This document shows positions 29,801 to 43,323 of a stretch of DNA of 64,000 bases, in pieces. The stretch is from Yuukianura sp. NJ FZ-2021. Taxonomy: Eukaryota. The stretch is from NCBI GenBank assembly GCA_046563655.1, contig CM102285.1:10726001-10790000 (forward strand), read 5' to 3'. Both the position numbers and the translations under genes were made by a program. Below the pieces are notes generated by a model. It saw only the letters and a list, made by a program, of their open reading frames with translations, did not search any database and was not told where the DNA came from. Numbering within the stretch: the stretch's first letter is position 1; each line of letters begins with the position of its first letter.

Positions 29801-30182
29801 ATCTTCCAGATTTTTTGGAGCTTTGAGCCAATTTTTTTTCATCTTCAAAGTCTTGGTTCTTATTGGAGGTGGAGAGAACGGAAGGCAGATCTTTAGGAAG
29901 ATTTTGAGTTACCAAAAAAAGATTCTCATCTCTAAAGCACCTTGTACTAAAGCGTACCCCTTTTGAGTATTTTGCAATCAACTTCTAAGAATTTAGTTCA
30001 TTTTGGAAGTAACCTTAGAAGGTTACGTGAGAACCTTGTTGGTCGTGATAGTTACAAAAGTGACACCCGAGACGCACTTCGCTTGAAATTTTTTTGTGAT
30101 GTCAGGTGAACTTCCATTGTGATTTTTACTAACTACTGCCCGTGTTTGCCCACATCACGACCAGTTACGTCCGGCAAGAACA

Positions 30183-33100
30183 ATGAAATCGGAAAGTTAT
30201 TACAGCGAAAGAGACATTTTGAGTCATTTGAAATTGAGCAGTTCACCGAATGGGAAAGGCATTTCCTCTACAACCCCTTGTACCACAAGCAGTAGCAGCA
30301 TTTCCAGCGTCTTTAGTTCCCAATTGACGACTTCTCAGTCGACCTTGTCCATAATGCCTGGAATGATGGTTGACCCCGGGTCATACCTTCCCTCCAGTTC
30401 CTATCTCCCTTTAAGCCATAACCATATTTCAAGTGCCTCTTCGACCTCACTACGTCGCATACCCACATCCAGCACCCCGCCAGAACAAGATCTGGAAGAT
30501 TTGGGCTCTGAAATAGATGACGAAGACGAAATTGGATCCAGTTCAGAAGGAAAGGTCAGCAGAAGTCGGAAGCATTTTGAAGGCAGCAGCCCCCCAGGGG
30601 GCGGTGGTGGCCTAAGTCCTAGTGGTGGGATTATGAACAACACGGTGAATACGAGCAGTAGTTGCAGTGGAACTGGTGGGACCAATGGTGGCAGACGACA
30701 AGAAAAGCCACCATATTCATACATTGCTTTGATCGTAATGGCAATCCAGAGTTCACCGACAAAAAGATTGACGTTGAGTGAAATTTACCAATTTCTGCAA
30801 CAGAGATTTTCGTTTTTTCGGGGACCGTACCAGGGATGGAAAAATTCGGTTCGACATAACCTGAGTCTTAACGAGTGCTTTATAAAGTTGCCTAAAGGAC
30901 TAGGAAGACCTGGAAAAGGTGAGTCAAAATTTTCAAAGAACTTGTTTTTCAAATTCGTTTTCTAAAATGTACTTCCGATGAGTCAAACTCACGCGTGCTG
31001 AATTCAGTTTTGGAACAACGTAAAGAACGTAACTATTATTATTGGCTCACCGCCCTCAGCCAGGGAAAGGTGAAAGAAAGCAGATGGATTCCGGTGGCAT
31101 TAATGATTTCTTGAAAACTTTGTTAAATTCCGCAAATCCGGGAAGTAACTTTTCGAAATTTCAAAAAAAAACAAAAAACTCCTGTACCACAGTTATTTTC
31201 AAACTTGACACTTCAAGCACAACTTAAGCTTACATTTAAGATTACATTTCATTGAATTTTGAGGTTGATTGACATTGACATAACAAATCTTGGTTTGCAT
31301 TCCAGGTCACTTTTGGACCATTGACCCCTCATCAGAGTACATGTTCGAAGAAGGCAGCTTCCGAAGGCGTCCCAGGGGATTTCGCCGGAAGTGTCCAACC
31401 CTGAAGCCCTTCAACTACTACCCACCAACTTCTGGTCCATCCAATGGTGACCTCAACAACAATGGCACCAACAATAGCCTAGGACAAGATCTAGGTTCAC
31501 CTGGAAACTCAACAGCATCTCTGTACCCGGGACACGCCCTCGGAGTCCCCCTCATACACTACCATCATTCAGTCCCGCAGAATCCCCTGGGCCTAAATGG
31601 GCTGTCCCAGAGTCTCACCCACCCTCAGGCCCAGCACAGTCCCTACACCACCTCTGTCACTCATGCGACCAACGGAAATCCAGCCTTAATGGACTACCCG
31701 CAACATCCCATGTCACCTTCATCCCCCTCCCCCTCCATCAGCGTCATACAAAACAACCCCTTTGTTTACCAACAACAAAGTCAACAAAACCTACCCTCAC
31801 CAGCAACTACCCCATCATCAGCCTACCTTATTGCAACGCCAAATCAACTGGCCTCGTATGATCCTCTGCCATTCTACCCCACTGCGTCGGCCCAGCAACA
31901 CCATTATGACATGATCCACTACGAAAATTCACACTATGGCAATAACAGCAACAGCAGCGACAGGAATTCGGATTTTGAGCCACCACATCACGGTGGTGCT
32001 GGCATAACTCCTCCGCCGTATCCATCAAATCCGAATTACGATGGAAATAACATCGCAAATTCTCCTGGACTGTCGGCTCAGGCTGCAGCTAATTCTTGGC
32101 TACTGAACTACTGCGGCCAGACACCGCTTCAGAACAGCTTTAGTTCCGGTTACTATGGCAACCACAGCGGAGGTCACTGCCATCCCTCTTCCAGAGCTTC
32201 TGTAAGTCCAAGTCAAATGCATTCCCAGTCTCCAACGGATCCATCCGAAGGGGATGAAGACACGCTGCCTTTTGGACACGGTGTCATGGACAGTCAACCT
32301 GGACAAACTGTTTCCAATGAACAGGCAATTACAGGTGCTTTGCTTTAACTTTTTAGCACAAGATTAGAGAAATTGTGTTTTTTGTTTCAAAAATTCAAAA
32401 ATTTCAGTTTTAAACGGGGAATTTAAGAGCTGAAATTGCAACCGCATTCTGTCATGTCATTGCAGCATCTTCGTATCATTTTACATCATAATCGCTTTAA
32501 AATTTTCAAGGGTGTAAAGAATTTTGAATTTCTTGAAAGGTCAAATGTTATCGAAAGATGAATCATTTTCTACGGTTACTTAAAGTAGTGAAGTCAGTGA
32601 TGTGACAAAAGACTTTGACAGTGGAACAATTAAGTTCTTAATGACCATTTTGTTCACAGAGATGAAAGATGCATTTATGTTGCACATGCACTTGACATCT
32701 TTTAAAACTGAATTTAAAACCTCTCCCACGTCCCATTGTTTTTCAAGATCCATTTTAAAGTTTAAACTTGCAACTCTAAAAAAGTGGAAAAGCCAACATT
32801 TGCTTTTTGGAAACCGATGACTTTTTGAGAACGTGTTAATTGACACGTAATCTCGATTTAAATTTAGATTGAGTTGACATGACCTCCAGTTAATCTACAT
32901 CGCATTTATTAAGTTGACCTAGGGTCAGTTCGGATATTCCAATGTTCGCTAAAACTTTTAATATGAAATGGAATTTAAACGTTAAGTTTATTAGCGCTTA
33001 AAGCTATAATTAAGTAGAGAGGACAAGTAAAGGTCACTCAATTAAAAATTGAGTAGGCTTTTTGGGAACAGCGCAAAACAGTTAAGCACTTTGAACACTT

Positions 33101-34065
33101 TCATTCAAAGTGTTTCAATTGTCCACTTCTGTGAATCTATCAAAAACGAGGTGGGTGGTACGTTTAACGATGAGTCTGACGCTGAGACACTTTCCCATTG
33201 TCAATTTTATTATTCCGGAAGGACCTTTCTTGTGTCGTGTCCAATTGAAATGAAAGTGGTTAGGGAATAACTTGCAATTTAAAATTTAACATACGACTTA
33301 AACGATTCAGAATCAGACAACTGGATCAAGTGGGTACCAAAATGTCTGCACTTAAAAACTTACACGACTGGACTATGGATTATGATTTCGAATCTCATGA
33401 ATCATGGATATTAGTTTTTGATTTATTGGTTGATTTTTTTTAAATCTGAAATTTTATTGGAGTTTCATCCAGACACACTTCTTAAACGAAGTGTCAACTT
33501 ACGCAGCAAATTATGACAGATAGGACCGAAATTTATGTAACTTCCAAAATTTATTGCAAAATTTGCAAGATTCGAGTTTAGCGTGACCCATATCTTGAAA
33601 ATAATCGTTTCCATCATTCCTGTACTAAGAGTGACCTTCATTTCCTTTTCGGTTTTAAATACTCCTAGAATACAAAAATATGAGCAGAAAAGTTATGATT
33701 TAAAATTTTAAACTAATTCATGAAAATCTTTCTCTGCTTTCTCCAAAGGAATTCGTAACTTGCGGAATCAACTGTGTGAAGACATGAAGCCTTATTTGAG
33801 CCTTGCAAGTCAATTGACCCGGGCAAGTTCTGGAAGATTAGGGTGTGGACCCTTAGGATTATACCCTGCTGGATCCGGATCCTGTGACAGATCTTCTCCT
33901 GAAGACATTGACAAAGTCAACAGTGGTACAATCATTAGATTCTCAGCATCTTCTTCTACGCTAAGGACCAGGACACGCCCACTTTCTCCAGAATCAAACG
34001 GTGTAGAAAGACCCTCCAGTAATCCTACAGCAGAATTCAGTTGTATCAAATACAAATATGATTAG
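30183..34065 (+). CDS. FoxF: Forkhead box protein F (biniou orthologue), 3 exons
   Basis: Exons 30183-30918, 31306-32334, 33749-34065. [105 protein letters not shown] is diagnostic of FoxF. Exon 3 (ccaaag|GA ATT CGT AAC) is in frame with exon 2 but less certain than exons 1-2. Confidence 0.93.
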
Positions 34066-35101
34066 TAGATTTTACAATAATTACATAATAGATGTGTGAA
34101 ACAGCCCTTTGTATTCAGTTATTAAAGTTATTCTGAAGTGTTAAATCAATTACGAGCTTTTAGTTTAGGTTACTAGTGCCTGTTAGAAGTTAAAGGAGTA
34201 ATGGCTGTATACCTTCGACTTTGTATACGTAAATGCAGTATAAATTTAAAATGTACCAATAAACTCCTGTAAAGTTGTTTGAATTTTCAATTTTCACAAG
34301 ATTTTGAATTTTAAACATTAAAAAACTTTCAAATACTACCTTACAAGAACACACCTCTCTAATCATCAGAAAAAATTCCCTTTTCGAGGGAGAAAGAAAA
34401 ATTGCATATTGTTTGTTTGCTTTTTTTTTTTGAGATTACTACTTATACGCCTTTCAGCAACAAAATTAAACTAAGCTCAACGACCTTATTGCAGCAGAGC
34501 ATAAGGTAAAACAAGCGGTGAAAATGGAAAGACGTCGATAGTTTCTAAATAAGAACCCGTTTAGTTTGTATCTAGAATTTAAAATTATAAAATTTCTTTT
34601 GAAAAACACAAATTTATCTTCAAAAAATTAATAAACGTGTTGTTCTTGTGAGGGATTTGGGAAGAATTTGAAATGTAACTTTTACACTTGTGCTATTGTT
34701 TGAAAATGTGTTATTGTACTTAACATTTGTAAACTGAATACAACAAGTAAAGCGGGAAATTTTTTAATTCAAATTCACGTGTCTCAACCTTTGCTTTTTT
34801 TTTTGCTGCTTTTTGCTTGCACATGCACATGCAATGTCTTTCGTGCTTTTATTTTTTGGCAATTATAATTTGTAAGTTGCAATTAATTGCAACTTAATTT
34901 TCGTGACCTCCTGCTGTTGTTGACGTTAGTGCCAGACGACGGTGACCTACAGGAACAGTGTCGATACGAAGATACGATAAACGGGGTTTCAATAAAGAAG
35001 TTTTCGGAAGTAAGCAGAATTTATAGAATTTTCCAATTGACGTGTATGTAGTAGCAAGTACTCATTTTAATTTTCACGTTGGCAGGTACATATTTATCAC
35101 A

Positions 35102-37587
35102 ATGGGACGAAAAGTGGACTGGGCTTTGAAACCGAAGAAAGGTCCGGGCAGGAAGTCCAAGAAGCAACCTGCTCCAACGTTTCCTGGATTGGATCCACCT
35201 AAACAGACAAAAGGAAAAGTCCAGCAGAAGAAAAGCAAAGATCCGGAACCGCAAAAGAAACGTCTCAAAAGGGACGTTGAAGAAGAATTGGAAGATGAGC
35301 AACCGTTGCTGAAACTTAAAGTCAAAACCGAAAAGGACAACAAGAAGGGCACGAAATCTTCATATAGTGAAAGGAAACTAAAGAAAGTCGAAGAAGCTCC
35401 AGTAGAAAGCGACGATGAAGACTACCTTAATGACGAATTCGACTTGGAAACAATCCTGGAAAATGAGAAATCGGAAGCTGCGGAGGGTTCAGAAGAAGAT
35501 ACTAGTGAAGGCAGTGATTTGGACAAAGATGAAGACGACGAGGATGAAGATGATCCTGGAGACGACGACGAAGAACATCCGTTTGAGAAGGAATCAAAAG
35601 TGCTGCTGGAGAAGGCCAAGAAAAGAAGGTTTTTGTTTGGAATTATATTTTTAGAGGTGACATGATGAATGAGTTTTTAATTCGACTTTCTAGAGAAGCA
35701 TCGAAGGCCGAACTGGCTACACAAATGGCAAATTCCGAAAAGTTTGTTTTCCCTTCAACCGATGACGATGACGACAAGGAGAAGCAAGTGGACATTCCAC
35801 AAGTTGAGTATAGGATACGAGAAGTCGTCAGTATTCTTCTTGATTTTAAAAACAAGAAGGACCCGGAGAGGTAAGTGATGGCGACGGCATATACAGGGTG
35901 TGGCAGCCAAAAGTAGACACCTCAATTATAAATATTTTGTTTATTTTCGTAACTCTGGGAGGAAACTTGCACCGAAGCGCAAAAATTTTTTGCGCTTCGG
36001 TAAAAAATTGTTTTGACTTTTGACAATTTTTGAATTTGGCTAAATTCTCCCCCCATTATTTACCATTTTTTCGTCGGTTACCCCTAACAACAAATTTAAG
36101 GTGTCTACTTTTGGCTGCCACACCCTGTACTTTGTTCTCCAATTTCGTTTGTAACCATCATTGTCGTTGTCTTTTTGTTTAGGAGTCGCTCCGAATATAC
36201 CGCTCTGCTACTCAAAGATTTGTGTAGCTATTACGGGTACAATGAATACCTGATGGGGAAAATCATGGAAATATTTTCTCTTGGGGAGTTACTGGAAGCC
36301 CTTGACGCAGCTGATGCACCACGGCCTATGACCATCAGAACCAATACGCTCAAGACCAGAAGAAAGGAACTTGCACAAAATCTGATTAGTCGCGGCGTAA
36401 ACCTTGACCCGATTGGAAAGTGGTCAAAGATTGGTTTAGTAATTTACTCTTCCCAAGTTCCCATTGGAGCCACACCCGAGTATTTGGCTGGGCACTACAT
36501 GATTCAAGGGGCATCAAGTTTTCTACCAGTTATGGCCCTTGCTCCACAAGAAGATGAGCGGATATTGGACATGTGCTGTGCCCCGGGAGGAAAATCTACA
36601 CATATTGGTAATTTAAGATCAATCCATTGAATCTCTATTTCATTGAATTTCACTGAGAGTTGTACTGATTGTTGCGTTTTCTTTTACATTGTAGCTGCGA
36701 TGATGAAGAATACTGGAATGTTGTTTGCCAACGAATTCAACAAGGACAGGACACATTCAATTATCGGTAATTTCCATCGAATGGGAGTGAAGAACAGTGC
36801 TGTATGTTGTTACGACGGTCGTAAGCTCGGGGAAATCATGAAAGGATTTGACCGTGTTCTTTTGGATGCTCCATGTTCTGGTACTGGAGTTATTTCGAAA
36901 GATCCTTCCACTAAAACGCAGCGTGATGCTAAGGACATTCAGCGCAGTGCAACTAAACAGAAGGAGCTTATTATAACAGCGATTGACTGCCTTAGTGCAA
37001 CCTCCAAAACTGGCGGATATCTCGTTTATTCTACCTGTTCCATTTTGGTATTGCAACAATAACAAGTTACTGTATTCATTTTCATTTTTTGAAATTTGAA
37101 ACTGAACTTCGGTGCTTTTTGTTTGAATTTAGCCTGAAGAAAATGAAGCCGTAGTTAACTATGCCTTGACTAGGAGAAATGTCAAATTGGTTTCTACTGG
37201 ATTAGATTTTGGCACTCCTGGCATGACTCGATTCCAAGAAAAGAGGTATGGCATGCCAGGAAACATTTCGAATTACAATCGGCTCAGTTTAAAATTGATT
37301 GATATTCATTGTATATTTGATCTTTTCGTTACAGGTTTCACCCTACCCTGAACTTAACACGAAGGTTTTACCCCCATTCTCACAACATGGACGGTTTCTT
37401 TGTTGCAAAGTTCAAGAAATTCAGTGATGCCGTTCCTCCAGTTATCAAGAAGGAAAGTGAAGCGGAGGAACAGGAGGAAGAAGACGAAGATTATCTAATT
37501 GAGGAACTCACAGAAGATAGCGGAATTGACACTGAAACAAAACCGAAAGGCAAAGGAAAGAAACGGAAGTTGGCCAAGAAACAATAG
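35102..37587 (+). CDS. NOP2: 28S rRNA cytosine-C5 methyltransferase NOP2, ~6 exons
   Basis: N-terminus MGRK...[11 protein letters not shown] and an acidic tract. Motifs [91 protein letters not shown]. Confidence 0.96.
35894..36127. mobile_element. 234-bp Tc1/mariner-type MITE in NOP2 intron 2
   Basis: Perfect 29-bp TIRs cagggtgtggcagccaaaagtagacacct (35894-35922 and 36099-36127). TA target duplication at 35892-93 and 36128-29. Internal palindrome accgaagcgcaaaaattttttgcgcttcggt. Confidence 0.92.
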
Positions 37588-38015
37588 TTTTCATCACTAA
37601 CCTTGAGAAGTAACTGTCACCTATCCGCAAGTCTTCTGCTATTCAGTTTTTAAAACTAATTCAAACTTATAACTGGAAATCCAATTTTATGAATTGCGAA
37701 ATATAAACACTGATTGATAAGTGTTCGGTGTTCGTCTATCGCATCCTCTCCTTCCTTTTTCCTGGGCAGGGGGTGGAAAACACAGTTACCTTGATCCGCG
37801 TTTCGGTTGTCCTCTGAAAAGTGTATCCATGGAGACCAAATTCACAACAAAACTGGATTAAGAGTTTACATGTCCATCTTTGATATTTACTTGGTTGTTG
37901 TTGTCATCAGCAGCAATTTCTTCTGTCTCTTACCACAAGGTCGAAGGTCATATCTTGGTTTTTGGGCTTTCACTTTCGTTTACAATTGGGAAGTTTTAGC
38001 TTATGCTGAAAACTT

Positions 38016-41000
38016 ATGGATCGTCGAAAAGACCGAAGAGATGCGGACTCATCATCGGGATTGAAGCTTTGCAAAGTAATGGGAAATGAAAATACTGTTA
38101 TGTCGTAAATTCACCAGCGCTAAAATGTTTGATTTTCTTAGCGTCTCTACACCTTACGTCAAGATTCGTTTGGTTCCAAGAAGGTCATATTTTCATGGCA
38201 GCCCTCTTCCGGAACTCTCCTGGCTTCAGCAATTGAGGGAAACCCGCTCGTTAACATTCATAACCGGCAAGGTCTTGTTCAAGGTCAAATTCCCCTGCAG
38301 GGGTAAGTAAATATGGATTCATGAGATTTGAATTCAAAGTATAAGTTTATGAAATCCGAAGTTTCAAAATATTTTTTCGGTTAATTTGTCCAGGAACTGT
38401 TTAGCTTTGTCATGGGATTCGGATGGAGACTTCTTGGGAATTGTCACCGAAGGTCAAAGTTCATTTTTACTCTGGGAAGCACACTCGAAGCGTCTGAGTG
38501 AAGTGGACTCCTCACTGAAGGATACTGGAAGTGCCATAGGATGGGCACCCAATGGAAAGACGCTTGCTTTTGGAACCGTCAAAGGAAACCTATTGGTGTA
38601 CAATCACAGAACATTGCGGTGAGTTTCTCTTTTTACGCTTTTATGAATTAATCAGAATCAGAATCACAATTAATCAGATTTATGGAATCATTTTCAGGAA
38701 AATTCCGATCATTGGGAAGCATTCGAAACGGATCATTTGCTGCGCTTGGTCAAGCGAAGGAATTCTGGCGTTAGGCACATCAGACAACGTTCTCAGCCTA
38801 AACACCGGAGACGGTGACGCTTTCAAGACAATTCAACTGCACGGGAAACCGCTGGATATTAAATTCGGGCATCTCAAAGAAGACCATGTTGCTAAAAATA
38901 CGGAAAACACTGTGAGCTTGATCGTCGGGGAGAAGACGCTTTACCTCCATCGCTTGGATCTTAAGAGAACACAAGGAACTCCGCTGGAGCTTGGTTTTCA
39001 AGCTCGCTATGGGAGCTTAGTCCGACACAATTGGCTCGGAGATGGTTACATTCTGGCGTCTTTTTCGGCTGGTTTTATCGTCACAATTTCAACACACCAT
39101 AAAGAAATTGGAACCGAAATCACTTTGGTGGAACTTAGCGAAGATCCTCTCAGATGGACAGACTTGTGTTCAAAAACTGGTCAAGTAATGCATTCTAAAC
39201 ATTTTTGAAAGAAACAATTTAAAATTCGATTTTGACATTGAAAATCTAAAAATTTTAATTTAGATTTGTGTGTGCTACGGAGATTCCAAAGTGGAAATCA
39301 GAGATGCAGTGGATCCTACGCAAGTCAAATGTCGAGCTGAGTTTGAAGATGAGATGGGACGCATGAGTGGTGGCGTCGGTTGCGAATTCAGTGGAGATGG
39401 CGAACTATTAGCTGTTTCAACAGGATCCGGAGACATTCATGTCTTCTTGACTTCGGTTCCATTGTTGGGTGGGCGATCTGGAGACCTCTTGGTTCAGCTC
39501 AGTTCGCTGACAGAAGTGACGCTGCACTTGTTCAATGGACCTTCAGCAGCCACAAAGTGTGAAACATTGGCACTTGACATTGAGCCGAATCTGTTGATCA
39601 TGGGAAGAAGCCACTTCGGAGCAGTTTTGAACAACCGGATCTGGTACTATAAGACCATGGAAAGTCAGGAAGGGGTGGGACACAGTACGCCAATTTGTAT
39701 CAAAGAGTACAATGCAAACGTTACGAGTGGAGCATTGAACGATGAATATGCTGCACTTCTCTCTGGGGATCGCATCTACCTTCATCCCGTAAGTTACAAA
39801 ATTATGTCAAGATTTCCGAAGTTTTGCTAATTTGTAAATCTATTTTAGATTGATCGTGAAACGGAAGATGGAGAAGTCAAATTCTTTCAAGAGTCGCAAG
39901 GGAAGAAGGAAAATCGAATTTCCTGTTTGGCCATTACCAAAGATTTTCTATTTTTTGGAACTGAGGTTAGTGCAGCATGCTAAAAGTGTTTTGCTGAATT
40001 TCTGCCATCTTGCTTAAGAATTACTGTTTGTATAGCAAGGAAATCTGCGTCTGTTTCATTTGGAACGTTGGGAAGAGCTGAATCAACTGAATGTCCGCGG
40101 AAAAGGAAAACTGAAAAGTATTCACCCTGACCTTAGCGGCACTCGCGTTGTGGTAACCACGAAGGATGGATTCGGACACTTCTATGACATGGTAAATGCA
40201 TTTTATTGCTAATGGTGCAGCAATTTTTCCAAAACTTGTTGCTTGAAATATTTTTGCAGCGATTCGATGGAATTGAAGAAATTCAAAATTTTCCTAGTCG
40301 CGTGGAAGGAGTCCATTGGGATATCTACGAAGGCTCGACTCACATCTTCATGACTTTCTCTGGTGGAGCTTCAACAGTTGACCTCTTCTGTGTTTGGAGA
40401 GACTGCAGAGCTCAGATTGAGGTCAAATATGTCGGTGCAGTCAGAATTTTTCCAACACTGGACAACTACCCGCTCTGTCTTCGAAATGGATATATCTACT
40501 CGCAGACATCGACTGGACGCTTGACCCGAACGCTGGACGTTTATACCCAACGACCGGAGTTTCTTCACCAAGAAAACGGAAAACGAGAAAAATTGTTGTG
40601 GCTTTTGGACTTGAAAAAATTCAAAGAAGCGTTCAATTTTTGTAAAACCGAAAAGCTGCCGAAACCGTTTTGGCTGAAGCTGGCTCGTGCTGCCGCGGAT
40701 GCTTTGGCCCTGCCATACGGTACGCATGTCACACCTTACAAAAAGTTCTACCAACAGTTTCACAATTGTTTTGCTATTTGTTTCAGCAAAGCGAGCGTAT
40801 TGTGAAGCTGGAAGCTTTGGCACAGCTCATAACTTGTCAGACCTTCTCCTCCAAGATGACCTACGTTTGCAACAGGGATTCGTCTCGGCAATATTTGGAA
40901 AGCACGATAAGGCGGAATCTGCATTTTTGAAATCCAGTGAGCAACTCAATGCTTTGCGAATGCGATACGATTTACGCCAATGGGAAGAAGCGTATCACCT

Positions 41001-43323
41001 AGCGACAGATCTGGCTCCGGAGGAATGTTCTGAAATTGCGCTTCGGTTTGCAGAGCACGACGAATTGGAGTATGTTTCCTGAAAACGATCAAAAATAACT
41101 AACTTTTTGGTTCAACGTTACTTATCTATTGCTGTTTCCATTCACAGGAAGAATTACAGTAGAGCGTTGGAGTCTTACACAAACGCTGCTGCTTACGCTG
41201 AAAGTTTCAATCACGCCAAGGAATTCAAGGCAGCCAGGATTGGCATCGGTCGCAATTGTCTAAGATGTGGACAAATTCAAAGAGGGATGGAAATAATAAC
41301 ACAGCCACAAGTTCCCGTTGCAGTGAAAGTCGAATGTGCTGAAATACTGGAAACAACCAAGGCAAGAAAACATTTTTGTTTCCCGATTTCAAAATTTGAT
41401 TCACAATTTATCTTGTTGTTTTTTTTGCAACAGTTTTTGGGTGAAGCCGCTTTGCTGTACGAGGAAGGTGGCAAAATAGAAAAAGCTGCAGCATTGTTCA
41501 TTCGAACTAAAAATTGGGAGCGACTGGACAAACTACTGCCACATGTCACGACGAAGAAAATCCTACTTCAATATGCTAAGGTAAAACGATTTCTGAGTCA
41601 AACCTAATAAATTGTGGTGTGAAATTCATTTCAATTTTTGATTATGAAATTAAAACAGTCACGCGAAGTTGAAGGAAACTTAAAAGCAGCGGCGGAAGGT
41701 TACCGAAAAGGTGGCGACGTCGTCAGCGCTGTTCGAGTATACTTGAAGGACGAAGATGTGGAAGAGGCAATTTCATTTGTAAAGGAAACCAGAAATCGGG
41801 AAGCCGGAACGCTGGTCGCGAGCTACTTTCTAGGCCAAAATGATCTGGATACAGCAATTCGTTTCTTGCTCATTTCACGTTTGCACGAGGAAGCGGTGAC
41901 ATTGACTTTCGAACATGGTGCGTTTGAACTTTTTGCGTCCCTGACAGCACTGTACCTGGAGAAGGAAATTCCTTCAGGAGAGACACCTCTAGCTCTTGTC
42001 CAAGGTTTCTCCAGGATGGCTGAATTCTATGAAGGACTCAAAGACCATCTGAAGGCTGCTAAGTTTTCAAATTTAGCTGGAGAGGTTGAAAAGGTAAGAC
42101 ATTTGACTGCTACTGGTACTATTGAATTTTGAATTTTCAAAAAAGATTTGATTGTTTGATTTTTTAAATTGTTAAATTTCGAAATTTTGTAGGCGTTTCG
42201 GATTCTTTTGCGTGCGGGAATGAGCGGGATGGTACAAAATGAAGAAGAATTTTTGACGCTTCTAGTTGATCTAGGAATTGAACTCGCTGAACATCCCGAA
42301 AACGCTCCGTTGGCAGCAGAGCTGGTGGAATTCCTGTTGGGAGACAAAGACGGAAATCCAAAGGCAAGTAAAAACACAACTTTCGAAGAAATCACCTCCG
42401 GAATTTACTAGTAGGAACTTTTTCACCATTCCAGGATGTCAAACACCTACTGCGTTACTACGCTTCAGTGAAACGAGAGATGGAAGCAGTGAAGACATGC
42501 TTGATTTACGCAAGCGATGAACTTCGAACAGGAACATTCCAAAATGGACATCAAGCTTTTGTGAAAACCATTCTTCAACTGCGCACGCCCGAGAACCGAC
42601 GCATCCCATTGCCACTGTACAACGCTTTCAAGCTGCTCCACTTCTTCTATTTGGCGAAACTGCAAGTTGTGGCAGAGCGTCACTACGAAGCAGGACGCCT
42701 TTTACAATTTGTATATCCGGAGTACTTGGCATTTGCTCAACGTAAGAAACAAATAGTTCGTTTCACAATTTCAGACTTCCCAGCAATTAATTCACTTTTG
42801 TAATTTTATGACAGACGCAGCCGAAATGTTGACCATGACCGTAGTGGAATGCTCGAAAGGCGGTTTGCGTGAAACTGCTCTCGACGCTTGCTGCACCCTG
42901 ATGAAGACGAACATGCGACATGACCTTGAACCTCAACTGAAGAAGAAATTCGAGTTGCTGGTCAGGAAGCGCGGAAAAGGTGGCCTGGACGTCGTCGATA
43001 CTCCCGACGAAACATCACCTTGTCCAGTATGTGGAGCTGCACTTGGAAACTACAGTCTCCATTGCTCATCCTGTGACAGCCAAGTGCCATTCTGCATGAT
43101 TTCTGGACGCCATCTTGTTGCAAATGACTTCACATATTGTCCCTACTGCCAGTTCCCAGCTCTTCACTCAGAATTGCTGAAATTGGCGTACGAATTGCTA
43201 CAACGGGGACAGCAGTTGAAGTGTCCCATTTGCAGAACCAAGCGACTTCCGCGTGAAAGTTACAGAAGACATGGCTTCGTGGATGCGTACCTCAATAACC
43301 GTTGGATTGGAAGTGATCAGTAA
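38016..43323 (+). CDS. WDR19: WD repeat-containing protein 19 / IFT144 (IFT-A subunit), multi-exon
   Basis: Spliced translation gives [93 protein letters not shown] and C-terminal Zn-knuckles CPVC/CSSC..PFCMISGRH..CPYC, collinear with WDR19. The start ATG at 38016 is inferred. Confidence 0.92.
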
